Of a DNA stretch of 64,000 bases, positions 1-12,600 are shown piece by piece. Source of the DNA: Octopus sinensis (lineage: Eukaryota); contig NW_021833017.1 of the NCBI RefSeq assembly GCF_006345805.1, positions 28,870 to 92,869 on the forward strand, in the 5' to 3' direction. The notes under the pieces were generated by a model. That model had not been told where the DNA came from, searched no databases, and saw only the letters and a program-made list of their open reading frames with translations. Numbering within the stretch: the stretch's first letter is position 1; the number at the start of each line of letters is the position of its first letter. Position numbers and translations under genes: made by a program.

Positions 1-2418
1 GCAGCCCCTTTGGTTCACACCTTCTTCTCTTCAGTGATCACCGATCCTACCCAGCCAAGCACAGTGGTCGAATCCGTCTGGATTTCAATGGAGCGCAGCC
101 CCCATTTCAAGGCCAAATTCACTCCCTTCAGCACTGCGTCCAACTCAGCGACATTGATGGGGTTGTAGTCATCTGCTTTTTGAAACCAGGCTGTGTCCTC
201 TACTTTGGCACCTCCAATTTCCAACACAACTCCTATTGCAATACTGTTAGCATCACACCATACGGTCCCATTATCCAATTTGAGAACATGCCAGTTCCTT
301 CTGACTGGGTCTTCCACTCTCATCCTCTCTGGGATTTCCCACATCATCACCACTGTACCTTCTCTCATCTTGTCACCCCAGTTCTCCCCTTCTGCTCATC
401 TCTTGGTGTAACTGCAGCCACCTCGTGATTGAGTAGTGACCTACTAGTTTCCCACACATCAAGAACAGTTCTCTTCTGCTGACATTGGTACCCAGTTCCG
501 GGATCTCATTCCCCCATTCGAAACACCAATACACCTGTTCTGTCTCTTTGAAGCTTAATCCCCAGTGCAGCTCCTCCAGCCATTGGCTCCAGTGGCTTCG
601 CAATCAGCCCAAATTCCTTCAGATGTCTCACAATTTCTGTGGCAGGCACTACAGTTTTTTCCACTAAGATGTCATCTATATAGGAGTTGGTAGCCCTTCT
701 TATCCTATCCACTTTTCCCTGTATCGCACCAGCTGGTACTGCCACAGTTTGTCACTCACGTAGAGCTGTAAATATGCTGACTTCAAGTCAACAATCGTTG
801 CTGCCTTAGTTGAGGTCTCCATATGCGCAGCGTCTCACTGCAAATGTCAGTTGCCTCACCACCTCTGTGGCACGATACATGGCCATTCCTCTCCCGAAAG
901 TCCAGTACTGGTGTGACTTTGCCCTTTGCTGGTTGCACCACTGCCATTAGTGGTAGCACTCCGCACACCACCTCCTCCTCCTCCTTCAATGGAATAGGGA
1001 CACCTTCCTTAATCCACCTCTTCTTCAAACTTGCTCCTGGTATGGCCTTTCAGGTAGCATCTCATTCTGTTCTTCAGCATCGGGGGCTCTTCTTTCCAGT
1101 GCCACTCTATTGTCCACTGCTGACCATCGAATGCTGCCTGAAAATCCTTGTCTTCAATGGTGCAGGCAGTGCAGTCCCTCACAGAGGTCTGCTCCCTCTC
1201 ACATTCTTGACTCACAGTGCATGATGAACCCATGGCACCAAACAAAACAATGTCCCCTCCAGCACTGACATCTCCAAAGCGGTCAATTGCGTCCATTCCC
1301 ATTATCACATCAATCCCGTCTACCACATGGTGATCACGATCGCCCGCAGCCTTAGCATTGTGCCTTGCACCACTATCTCCATGTCGCTGCTACCCTTGCA
1401 TTTGATTTCGCTGCTGTCAACCACTCGAACACCTACACATCCCCTTCCATTTCTTTGTCACCATAGGGGTCACACGAGATGTCGTACAAGGGCCTTGAAC
1501 ATGTTTCCGTTTCCCCCAACCATGACCTCGACTACGGGCAGTGACTGCACAAGTGCCTCTACTCGTTCATAGGCAGATGGGGGGGGGGTGAGAGGCAGCA
1601 ACTTCTCTGAGGCCTTTTCCCTGGTCCGGGCTCCACACAGCCCTGGCACTTCAAACACAAGCCTGTGGTGAACGGCTGCTCTTGTTCCACAGCAGGTTTC
1701 TTTTTGTCCTTCACTGGCTGTCATGCAGCATCCTGGGCTTTTGCAACCTTCTGCCTGGTGTTTTGTGCCAACATGTGGGCTTGTTATAGCTGTGCTGACA
1801 TGTCATTGCGAAAGCCATTCACAAAACCCAGTTGTGTTACCTTCTCCAGACCCTCTCCAGTGAGACCGGACAGCACAGCCAGCCAGTCTCCGGACCTCTG
1901 CAGCATATTCATCAACCTGTTCTCCTGTCCATCTGACCGTTCCCAGCTTATCCAAAGCAGTCTACTCTCCCTCTCAAGGGCTGCACGATCTTTGACACGC
2001 TCAGTTATTCTTCTTCATTCATTTAGAGGCAGAGTGCCAGTGTGCTCCCCTCCAAATACAGTGCCATGAGGCTTGCTACAAACTTGACTATAGAAAGGTC
2101 CGATGATATCATTGCCGATCCTTATTTTCGCTGCCATCATATGTTAGGGGACAATGATGTCTGTATATGATCGCCGAAATAGCTTGTCCTGCATGGGGAA
2201 TGAAAAGAGGTTCACTCACCTTCCTCTCATCGACTGCCTGTCTAGCAGTAATCTCCCCGACAATCCTGCCCTTCCCCTGTCACCCAGTATAAGCAGCTGG
2301 TATCTGAACAACTCAGGAGTGGATTTCCTAATGTCCATTCATGATGCAAAAAGGGGCTGACGCTTGCCTCTCTCTCCTCTTGTGCTTCCTCTTCTGATTA
2401 ATCCCTTGACCACTGACA
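1..2418 (-). mobile_element. Ty3/Gypsy LTR retrotransposon relic (LTR, gag, protease, RT, RNase H); continues off the left edge
   Basis: RT motif SYIDDILV (506..745), RNase H WCDANS/AEL/TDS (15..368), protease-like KALV... and IDVIMGMD, gag-like frames at 1700-2070. Many stops and frameshifts. Confidence 0.88.
2142..2418 (-). repeat. Putative 5' LTR of the Gypsy element (TG...CA), followed by a PBS-like TGGCAGCG
   Basis: Minus strand begins TGTCAGTG and ends CCTAACA. The partner LTR is outside the window, so this cannot be confirmed. Confidence 0.5.
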
Positions 2419-3015
2419 TCATGACCCTCTTCTTCCGGCTCATCCCCACAAATACCCATTCTGTCTCATTATACTTTAATAAGGAGCAACCAGGAAATCA
2501 TGCCCTCTCGTTTCTTTCTAGTTTCCACAGATCCTCTGCATTTAAGACCCACATCTTGTTGCCATAGAGCAGTGCACTGTGCACTGTGCACTCTGCTCTT
2601 GACTTTGAGGGAGAAGCTCTTTGTTGCTAGTAGAGGTAATAGCTTTCTGAACTTTCTCCGACATGTTCTTATTCTAACTATTACCCCTTCAAAGCTAATC
2701 ACATCACTGAGGTAACAAATGTTATCAATCATTTCTAGTGAACCATCGGGGCCTTTGAAAGGATCTATTTCTCAAACACTCTTAGTGCTCATTTCCCTTG
2801 TGCATCTGCTGGATATGAAAAAACCTACTTTCTCTCTTAACCTGCCTGTAACCCCAACATGACCTTGTGTGTTCTTTGTTAACATGTGAAACACTTTATG
2901 GAATTTCTACCGATTCTTTTTCTGCATACAGAGCACAGCTTTATCCCTGATGTTAAAACAGTCCCGTCTTCCTGGCTAATTATAACGACTTTTTATTTCA
3001 TTAAGTACACTTTAA

Positions 3016-3376
3016 CCCTTTAATATTCACATCATTCTGTGAAATGTAATCATGGATTATTTATTCACATTGTTTTGAATTAATCATGGATTATCTATTC
3101 ACATTGTTTTGAATTAATCATGGATTATCTATTCACATTGTTTTGAATTAATCATGGATTATCTATTCACATTGTTTTGAATTAATCATGGATTATCTAT
3201 TCACATTGTTTTGAATTAATCATGGATTATCTTGTACCTTTGAGATTTCAATGGTATATTTGTATACTTTTAGAATGACATTGTAGGGTATGCATAAGAG
3301 GCTGGATCTGCTCAGTTTTAACATCTGAACAGGTACAATATTTGGGTCAAATATGGCTGAACTGAATGCTAAAGAT
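3016..3376. mobile_element. piggyBac-like MITE flanked by TTAA
   Basis: TTAA at 3012-3015 and 3377-3380. Imperfect TIRs ccctttaatattca / tgaatgctaaagat. RTE sequence resumes on either side. Confidence 0.7.
3047..3232. repeat. 34-bp tandem repeat, 5 full units plus a partial unit
   Basis: taatcatggattatctattcacattgttttgaat at 3047, 3081, 3115, 3149, 3183, 3217. No spacers. Confidence 0.97.
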
Positions 3377-3962
3377 TTAAGGCCCTTCAATTCTAGGTTT
3401 TACTTCCATGCCTGGAATTTCTACTTCAGATTTTACTATAAGAGTTAAGCCATCAGCATAGAGGAACATCGAAGGGAACTGGTCTTAAAATTCATCTGTT
3501 GTGGCTTGCAGGAGCACAATAAACAAGCTCTAATCGACTTCTACCTCTACACTACATTCATCACTGAACTCATTGCTGACTTTGTACTTGCCTTGTAACA
3601 CTCTCACGAGTCATTCATCTACTCTGAGTTTCAATTAGAGACCATCAGATTACAGTATCAGGGATTTTGTCAAAAATTGTCTCTAGATCAATAAATAATA
3701 GATCATAGAGGTTTAATCTCAGATATGCACTTCTTTCATAGCTGTCTCACTAGAAATATGGCATTAGTGGTACCACTTTCTAGAACAAAGCCCAACTGCA
3801 CCCTATTCAAGAAAATACTATCCCTAATCAGTTTTGTAATAATATTTCTCTGTAACCTTCATGACCTGGTCCAACATTTTGATACCTTCTGTAGTTTCCT
3901 CTCTCTTGCCCTTCTAGCAGTTTACAATGATACTACAGCACCAGCCATTATCAATGAAACAT

Positions 3963-4004
<42 letters not shown>

Positions 4005-4456
4005 TATATATATACATATATATATAGTTTTGTATAGAAAGAAATTGCTCTTTCTAAGGACATCTTACATCACAAGTGTCCACTGGTTTATCTCTATATC
4101 GATTAATTTATAGATATTTTCATCCATTCAATACATGAGAACAAAATTTTAGTAATATAAAGAGATTTTTATCTTCTAAATTCATAATGTAATTTTTAAT
4201 TATAAAATATAAATGACGGTAGATATTGAAACGTATGTAGGCATTATGAAATTGACTATTATGTAAATAAATTGATTGTGCTGTGCTCAAACTCCATTTT
4301 CTTTATACCACATATATCTATCTGTTTCTGAAGATTTTGCCTAAAGTCATTTTAGTTCACAGTTCACAGTTTGTGTAAAAAAAGATGCAAATTTATTTTA
4401 AAACTTATACAAACACAAAGACACACTGAATATCAAAAATAAATTATATATCCAAC

Positions 4457-4621
4457 CTGTTCAAGACTTTTGTATTCTTGAATTAATTCAATGGCATGGC
4501 CATACTGTTTGGCATCATGGAGCACATCAACTGCTTTACCATAGAATGAGATCTTCAGGTAACACTGCACAGCTTCCTCATACATCTTTGCATTCTTAAA
4601 ATTCACTGCAGCTTCATTGTA
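4457..4621 (-). CDS. TRANK1: TRANK1-like exon, TPR-like (missed by the ORF track)
   Basis: Acceptor ttactcttag|TAC, donor CAG|gttgga. 165 nt. YNEAAVNFKNAKMYEEAVQCYLKISFYGKAVDVLHDAKQYGHAIELIQEYKSLEQ. Confidence 0.9.
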
Positions 4622-6017
4622 CTAAGAGTAATTTTTTAAGAAAAAGGAAAAATGAAAATTCAAAGCAGAAAAGCCATTTTGCAAGAGGAGATAATTACAT
4701 CAACCACACCCATCCCAAGTGTTTCACTGGTTCTTTATTTTATTGACCCAGAAAGGATGAAGGGCAAAGTCAACTTCAGTGGAATTTGAGCGCTGGACGT
4801 AACAATGGGTGAAATACGACTAAGCATTTCATCCAGCATGCTAACGATTCTGCCACCTTAGAAATAATGATAATGATAAAGATAATAGTAATAATAATGC
4901 ATGGTGCCCTCCACCCTAAGGCAAATGTACATAGGCTCTACATGAAGAGAGGTAAGGGTGGATGTGGGCTGATTGGCATACGGGAGTGCATGAACACTGG
5001 AGGAAGAAACATGGCAGAATATTTGGTAAACAGCAAAAGAAGACCTGCTACAGTATGCTGCTAGTGCAAAAGGAGTAAAGAAAAATGGACTTGAGAGTGC
5101 TTGTGAATTCCAAACAAGAACAGCCAATGAGAGAGAAGAAACCCTACTCCATATGGAATTACATGGTCAGTTCCACTGTGAAACCAACAAATTAAAGGAC
5201 CAGGGACCATCATGGAGGTGGCCCAACATGGGTGACCTAAACAAGAATACTGAAAGCCTAATCCTTGTGGCCCAGGACCAGGCACTGAATACCAGCTCAG
5301 TGAAAAAGAATATATACCACTCAAGTGCCATTGGACCTCTGCAGCATGTGTGGGGAGAGGGTCGAAAGTGTGACTCACATTGTTAGTGCTTGTGAAAGTC
5401 TGGCACAGAAAGAGTACAAGCGTAGACATGATAAAGTAGCCCAAAACCTCCACTGGCTACTTTGCTGTAAGTATGCATATGAGGTTATGGGTGCTTGGTA
5501 CCAAGATACACCGGAAAAAGTAATGGACGGAAAGGGGAAGGCAAAAATCCCCAGGGACTTTGATTTCCAGACAAAGTGTTAGAGCACCAAAGGCTGAATA
5601 TAGTAACCTTTAGGAGGGACAAACGAAAGTGCCTAATAATTGATGTGGCTGTGCCAGGAGATCGACATATCATCATGAAAGAAAGAGAAAAAGTTGATAA
5701 TATGGAGAGCTGAGAATTGAGATTGCTAAGATGTGGCAGCTACGAGAGTCAGATGTAAAGGTTGTCCCTACTGTCATCGGAGCACTGGGTTCAATTCCAC
5801 CCAATCTGAAGAAAAAACATCTGGAAACCTTAGAGATACCCTACAATCTAGATGTATTGCAACTGTTGGCATTACTTGGAATTGCATGCATATTGCATAA
5901 AGTAGTGTCTGTCTGAGGTCCTTTTTGTGACTTGACAAACAGTGCAAACACGCAGCAGACACAACCTCATGATATTGTATACTGTGCAATGTCATCAACA
6001 ACAACAATAACAATAAC

Positions 6018-6051
<34 letters not shown>

Positions 6052-9000
6052 GTTTGAAATTTTGGCAGAAGGACAGAAGTTTTTTCGGAAGTCAATTACA
6101 TCAATATCAGTGCTTTTTTTCTCAGCAGAATTTGAACTCAGAATGTAGAGATGGACAAAATGCTTAACAGCATTTCGTCTGGTGTGCTAATGATTCTTCC
6201 AGTTTGCCACCTTAATCATCATCATCATCATCATCACTATTCAATGTCCCTTTTTCCTGGCTGATATGGGTTGGATGGTTTGGCAAGAACATATGAACCA
6301 GAGGCCTGTGCCAGGTCCAATGTTTGCTTTAACATGGTTTCTACAGCTGGATGCCCTCCCTAATGCCAACAACACTAGAGAGTGTACTGGGTGCTATTTA
6401 TGTGTCAGCAGCACCAGTTAGGGGGCCAGGTCCCTGCAAGTGAAGTCCCTACTCAACTGAGCTGGGTATAGAGTGGAAAAATAAGAAACTATGATAAAGA
6501 GAGAGGAACAAGTGTCTTGCTGAAGAGGTGAATACATGGCTTGTCCACCTGGAAAGTGAGAGAGAGAAAGAAAGAGATGTGAGGCCCAGGTTCAATGTAA
6601 ATATGAGAGAGAACAGGAAGAGCACTGAGTGAAAATTATGTGATAATAATAATGCCCTGGCTACCCACGAAGCCTGCCCGTGATTCCACCATTTCATAGC
6701 ATCAGTTGTTTACTTCCTGTGCTTTGGGCAATTCCTAGTTCCATCTAGTTTGTGTCAACATAGAAAATGTAAAATGATGAAGTTCTCATCCCACCAAATA
6801 TTATGAAGAAATGATTATCTCCCTTGTACTAAACGTCCTCCAGGGGACTCCAAACATCATCATTTAATGTTTGCATTCCATGCTGAGAGGCCCAGGGACT
6901 GCACAGTATTCCAGGGTCTTCCTAACGCTGCAATAATTATGCACCAACCCAATATATATATATATATACAAATAAATGAAAGAATGGAGTTGAACGACGA
7001 TTTAAACAAAATTCCTTTATTCTCGACATATGTTTCGAAGGCTGCATATTCCTAATTTCGAAGGAATAAGGGGTGCATTATGCCGCCTTCTCATCAGGAA
7101 AAACAAGGAACTTATGTCAGCATCAAGATGAACAAAAACTCTTAGATAACTGCCCACACGGAGTCCATAGCGATAATGAGTGTTTCTTTAAAATATTCCG
7201 TTATAAGCAGTGGCGTCAACCAAATCTACCAACCGCATCTACTCAATCACATACACAATCATGCACACACATACACACACATAGACACGAATGCAGTTAT
7301 ATACATACACACACATAGGCACTCAATCACAAAAGCAAACAACAATACATCACCATTCATATGACTTGCACCCTGTCACCTTCCTATTCTTAGATCTCTC
7401 CCCTCCAACCTTGTTTGAACCCTTGAACTTTTTAGAATCTTCTACATTCAACCATTTTTGATGTCACTGCTTATAACAGAATATTTTAAAGAAACACTCA
7501 TTATCGCTATGGACTCCGTGTGGGCAGTTATCTAAGAGTTTTTGTTCTTCTTGATGCTGACATAAGTTCCTTGTTTTTCCTGATGAGAAGGCGGCATAAT
7601 GCACCCCTTATTCCTTCGAAATTAGGATTATGCAGCCTTCGAAACATATGTCGAGAATAAAGGAATTTTGTAAAAATCGTTGTTCAACTCCATTCTTTCA
7701 TTTATTTGTATTAAAAAAACACAAATTTCCACACGAAAGCACGTGATCTCTGCCCTTGGCATGTAGCTTCAACCGTGTTTTTCTGACGTGAATTTGCTAC
7801 CCAGGTATCGGTTAACCGAATTATCCATACTAAGATAATTCATTCAACTACTTATATATATATATATATATATACACAAAACTCCACTTGTGAAGACCCG
7901 TTGAGGCAAGTGAAAATCAAAATCAAAATCAAAAATCAAATTCAAACCAAATCAAATCAGATATCAGAAAGCAGAACCAAAATCGAAGCCGATCAACATC
8001 AATGGAAATTGCAGCTGTGATACCAGTGCCGGTGACAAGTAAGCGAACCATCCGATCGTGGCCATTGCCAGCGCCGCCCCGACTGGCCTCTGTGCCGGCG
8101 GCACATAAAAGCACCATCCGACCGTGGCCGTCTGCCAGCTCTGTTTGGCACCTGTGCAGGTGGCACGTAAAAAGCGCCCACTACACTCACGGAGTGGTTG
8201 GCGTTAGGAAGGGCATCCAACCATAGAAATACTGTCAGATCAGACTGGGCCTGAAGCAGCCTTCTGGCTTCACAGACCCCAGTTGAACCGTCCAACCCAT
8301 GCTAGCATGGAAAGCGGACGTTAAATGATGATGATGATGATGATGATATAGGTATATATTGAGAGAGAGAGAGAGAGAGAGAGAGAAAGCATTGAATCCC
8401 TAACTACTTAATTCATCCCATCATTCTTCTACTGTTTCTCTCTGTCTCTTTTACATTAACCCCTGGTACTACTCTTCCCCTTCCTCTTTCCCCTCTCTGG
8501 TTCATTACTTTGGCTAATAAATCCCTCCTACCATAATTTAACTGTAACCTCTCTCTACCCCATGTATAACGTCATCTCTCTCTTTCCTGTTTCAGTTGTG
8601 GGAGCTCTTTAACCTTAAGAATTACAAGGCAACCTTACTCACATAGGTGTCACACAAAACACACCAAGTAAACTCTGTAAAGGGGTTCGGTGAACTGAGC
8701 ACTCTTTCATCTTACTGGGAACAAGGCGTCTTCTACTGTGCTGGTGCCATGAAAAAACCGTACCCAGTCTACATTCTGTAATGTGTAAGAAGGGCTTCCA
8801 GCCAAAGAAACCATGCCGAAACAGAAACACTGGAACAGAATGCAGCTCCCTTGCCTGTTGGACCCTGTTGAGCCAGTTACCCCATGCTGACATGGAAAGC
8901 AAACACAAAATGATGACAGCAGCAGTGACAGTGTGTGTGTCCGTGTGTCCATGTGTGTGTATTTTTTATACATTATAATACACTAGCGTCTTCCAGATGG

Positions 9001-9363
9001 GGAATGTTTTTCAGCTTAAGTTTCATCTTACTTTTATATACAAGTTGAAAAATAAACATCAGCTGGTAATAATGGAATTGTGGATGGCAGACGCATGAGC
9101 TGTGACGTTTGTTTTGACAATGGTGAATAGAGAAATATACAAGGACAGAGAAAGAATGAGAGCAAAAGAGAAGATGAAGCAGAAATTCCTGCCAAGGTAC
9201 ACTCGGTCATTTTAAGTGGAATCTAATTACAAAAGAATGATTTTCAGTCAAAAGTTCAGAAATTTAAGCTTTTAATTAGCTAATGTAATTATTAAACTAA
9301 AACTTTACAAATAAAATGTTACAAGTGGATTGAAAACACCACAGGGAGCCAACCAGGTGTATG

Positions 9364-9394
<31 letters not shown>

Positions 9395-9614
9395 GATAAA
9401 ACAAATGGTTTACACCTGGTAGCCAACTGTCTTTCATTTGTTATATATATATCTTTGGGGTTTGGGGATTTTTATTCATTTGGCAGCTTTCACCTTTGTC
9501 TTTAAGTGAAAATTTGTGGTTTGATCATTTTGACTGCTATATTTAGCATGCTGGTACTGCTTGTTAATACCCTTAATTATTAATTTATATATATATGTGT
9601 GTGTGTATACGTAT

Positions 9615-9670
<56 letters not shown>

Positions 9671-12600
9671 CTGTATGTGTGGGTGAGAGAGAGGAAATAC
9701 AAATGTACTAATACATGCCTTGTGACATTTTCGGTAAAGACGGGCAGAAAGTTCATATTTGCCTCCTTCAGATAAACACCATGCTGATCTGATACACATG
9801 TTACAATCAAAGAAATACTTGGAAGCTATGAGGAAGTGCTTCTGCTTCTTGGCAGCTGAGTCTTGCATTTGAGCCTGTTGAACATACTGGAATGCTGTTG
9901 CCACGGTTTCTTCTTTCTTGTGACCACTTTTCTGGAAACACTTTATAGCAATTTCAAAGTGTTTTCGCTCAAAGAAAGACATTCCTTTCGTAAACCATTC
10001 TTCTGGTGTTGAGCTTCTGGCAAATTCAGTATTGTCAGGGTCTAAAAATAGGAGAATAAACACACATGCATAAAAACAAAAACCACACTCGTAGCATAAC
10101 GGGGTCAGTAATTACAGACCCCATTATGTAGCTACATTTATTACAGCTACATAAATTACAGACCCCATTATGCAGCTAGATTACAGCCACTAATTAGTGG
10201 CTGTAATCCAGCTACATAGCTTTATGGATCTGATTGTTTTTGAACGTAACTCAGAGTTGCATGGTGGTAGATTGCAAACTCAGTAGAGCTCTGTAGAACA
10301 TGCCTTGTGAGATCTGATTATATCTGTGAATGTTCTGACATCAGAACCTATCGGAAGGCTGTTAGCTTTGGTTTCCATTCCAATCAATGAAGCTGATTAA
10401 ATTTATTAAATTCCTCCCTTATAAATTTAGACATTGTACCTAATTGTAATGGTAAGGACAATGACAAGCGACGATACAGCCAGATAGTTTCACAGTGACC
10501 CTTAATAAACACATAGGAACACTAGTGATACTTTCATACCAATTTATTCATATACACACACACACACACACAACTATCCGTGCACACAGTTGTTCTGACA
10601 CACACACACACATCCATATATATATATGCTGTAGTCTTTTACACACTCATCAACTTATTTATGCACAACTTTACTCATCTTACATATCCTCCACATGTCT
10701 ACCAAAACATAACTCCAAACACCCACACACACACACACACATTTCAACATTCCTTCGTTTGATATGATCATATAACTGAGTGTAATTAAATATCCACCCC
10801 AAAACAACCTCACACACCCAATGTCATCACCTCTACAAAAACTGGACATCTTATGGAAAATTTCATACCTTCACTAGAAGTATCAACAGATGCAACCAAA
10901 CGCAGAACCTGAAAATACTCAAAAATTGGGGTTCGTTTTTCATTGGATATATCAAAAATCCAAATGTTATGTTTTGCCCTTGTAAGTGCTGTGTATAAAT
11001 ACTTTAATTCAGAGTTGAGAACCTTGTGCTTGTTTGGGTCAAAGGTTAAAGGATGAGGATGGTTCTCGGAATCAAGAACATCTGCAAAGGAAAAAGAACA
11101 AAACAATATTAGTTATTTTTATTGTAGAGTAGACCTGTTGTGTGGCATGTCTTTCTAATTGTTTAAATTTCATATCATTCTATTTGGGAGAAGCTTGTTT
11201 GTCCATATTTCACATTGAAGTTCTTTGATCTTGTTCTTACTCAAATGTATTTTACCAATTTTTATACAAAGTGGTAAAACAAAGACACAATGCCTCAGAA
11301 TTTTTGGTAAAAGTAGAGAGTATTTAACTGACCCTAATATTTGACTGGTACTTGTTTTATTGACCGTAAAAGGACGATTGGCAAAGTTGACCCAGCAGGA
11401 ACAATATTTCTGTGATTCAAATAAAATATTTCTCAACCAAACTATCTATCAATCACTCCACCCTGCTATCATTCAATCAATCGATCTCTCTATCAGCTAA
11501 TTGATCTATCTGTTGATTGATCTGTCTATCTATATTTCTTTCTTTCTTATCTTTTCTCTCACTCACTCAATCCATCCAGCTAATCATTTATTTCTGTCAA
11601 GTCCGGCATCTTTCTACAAATCCATTGAGCGATTCATCTGTCACTCCGTCCACCTACCTTTCAATTTATTATGTACCAATCTAGTTGTCTAAAAACACAT
11701 TTCTGGTTTGTTTGTCTGAGACCCCATGCTAACACTGGCTACAGAAAGGGGTTTTATGGACTCCAGTTCCTCGTGGGATGACTTCCACACTAAAGATGAG
11801 AATGCATTCGTCCTTTCTGTGCAATCTTGCATATAAACCTAGCTGGATTGATTTGGTTAAGATAGCGTTCATGTTGCTTAGCCCTGGGTCAGTCCTGATC
11901 AAGCAAATGTTCAATCCATGATAATCTTGCCCTTTTATATATTCTGGATAGACAATGAAGGGTTTATATTTCGAATATAGATTTTCCATTTTTAAAACAG
12001 AAGGGAGTGACTGGTGAGAGATTTGCTTATTTGTAGCAGATCAAGGCATCACCCAGAACCCATCACAACCCCTTTAGCTCATAGAAACCATTGCCATAAC
12101 AGTTCGTAGAAAGAGTGAAGAAGGTCATGGATGGACACAACTGTTCAATATCACATAAACTTCATCAGGTTTGTGCAGTTAAGATAAGAGGAGCAGAAGC
12201 CAAGGTCAAAGGTTGGGGAAATGGAGTAAAGACAAAGGGGAAAGAATTGATAGAGAAGCAAAAAGAGTGTGGACAGGACACGAGTGGCAGGCTCCCATGA
12301 ATATAGAGCTAATAGGGAGATTTATGGAGGGTGTAGAGTATTCCAGCAGGGCCTTTCGACAGTTATGTCACATGTGAGCAGCAATATGCTGTAGTGTGGT
12401 GCATCTGTCCAAGAACAGGCACACATGGAGCCGTTCGGTGATCTTTTTCTGATTAACAAGGATCTATACAGAGGTCAGTTCCTAATGCTCAATTGAAAAG
12501 TTTTGAGTCAGTGGGAGAGAGAGAGAGCAGGAGGGGACACAAGTCCACCTAAGTTGAGTTTTATACAAAAGGGATGTCATCAAGTTTTAATAGATAAAAT

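Larger units (their letters stand above)
2419..3955 (-). mobile_element. RTE-clade LINE reverse-transcriptase relic, split by a MITE and abutting the Gypsy LTR
   Basis: Minus translation shows IKMLDQVMKV, QLGFV..SGTTNAIFLVRQ, IFIDLETIFD, LYADG, a Cys-rich insert, and CYLSDVIS...RKFRKLLPLLATKSFSLKVK...LLYG. Confidence 0.8.
6966..7711. repeat. Fold-back element: about 254-bp inverted arms (6966-7219, 7458-7711) around a 238-bp spacer; probable PLE pseudo-LTR derivative
   Basis: The arms are reverse complements with few mismatches. (TA)n lies on the left flank. Each arm holds a hammerhead. Confidence 0.95.

Noticed and set aside
3047-3232. CRISPR-like 34-bp repeats
   Set aside because: The repeats are head-to-tail with no spacers, there are no cas genes, the context is eukaryotic, and they lie inside a MITE.
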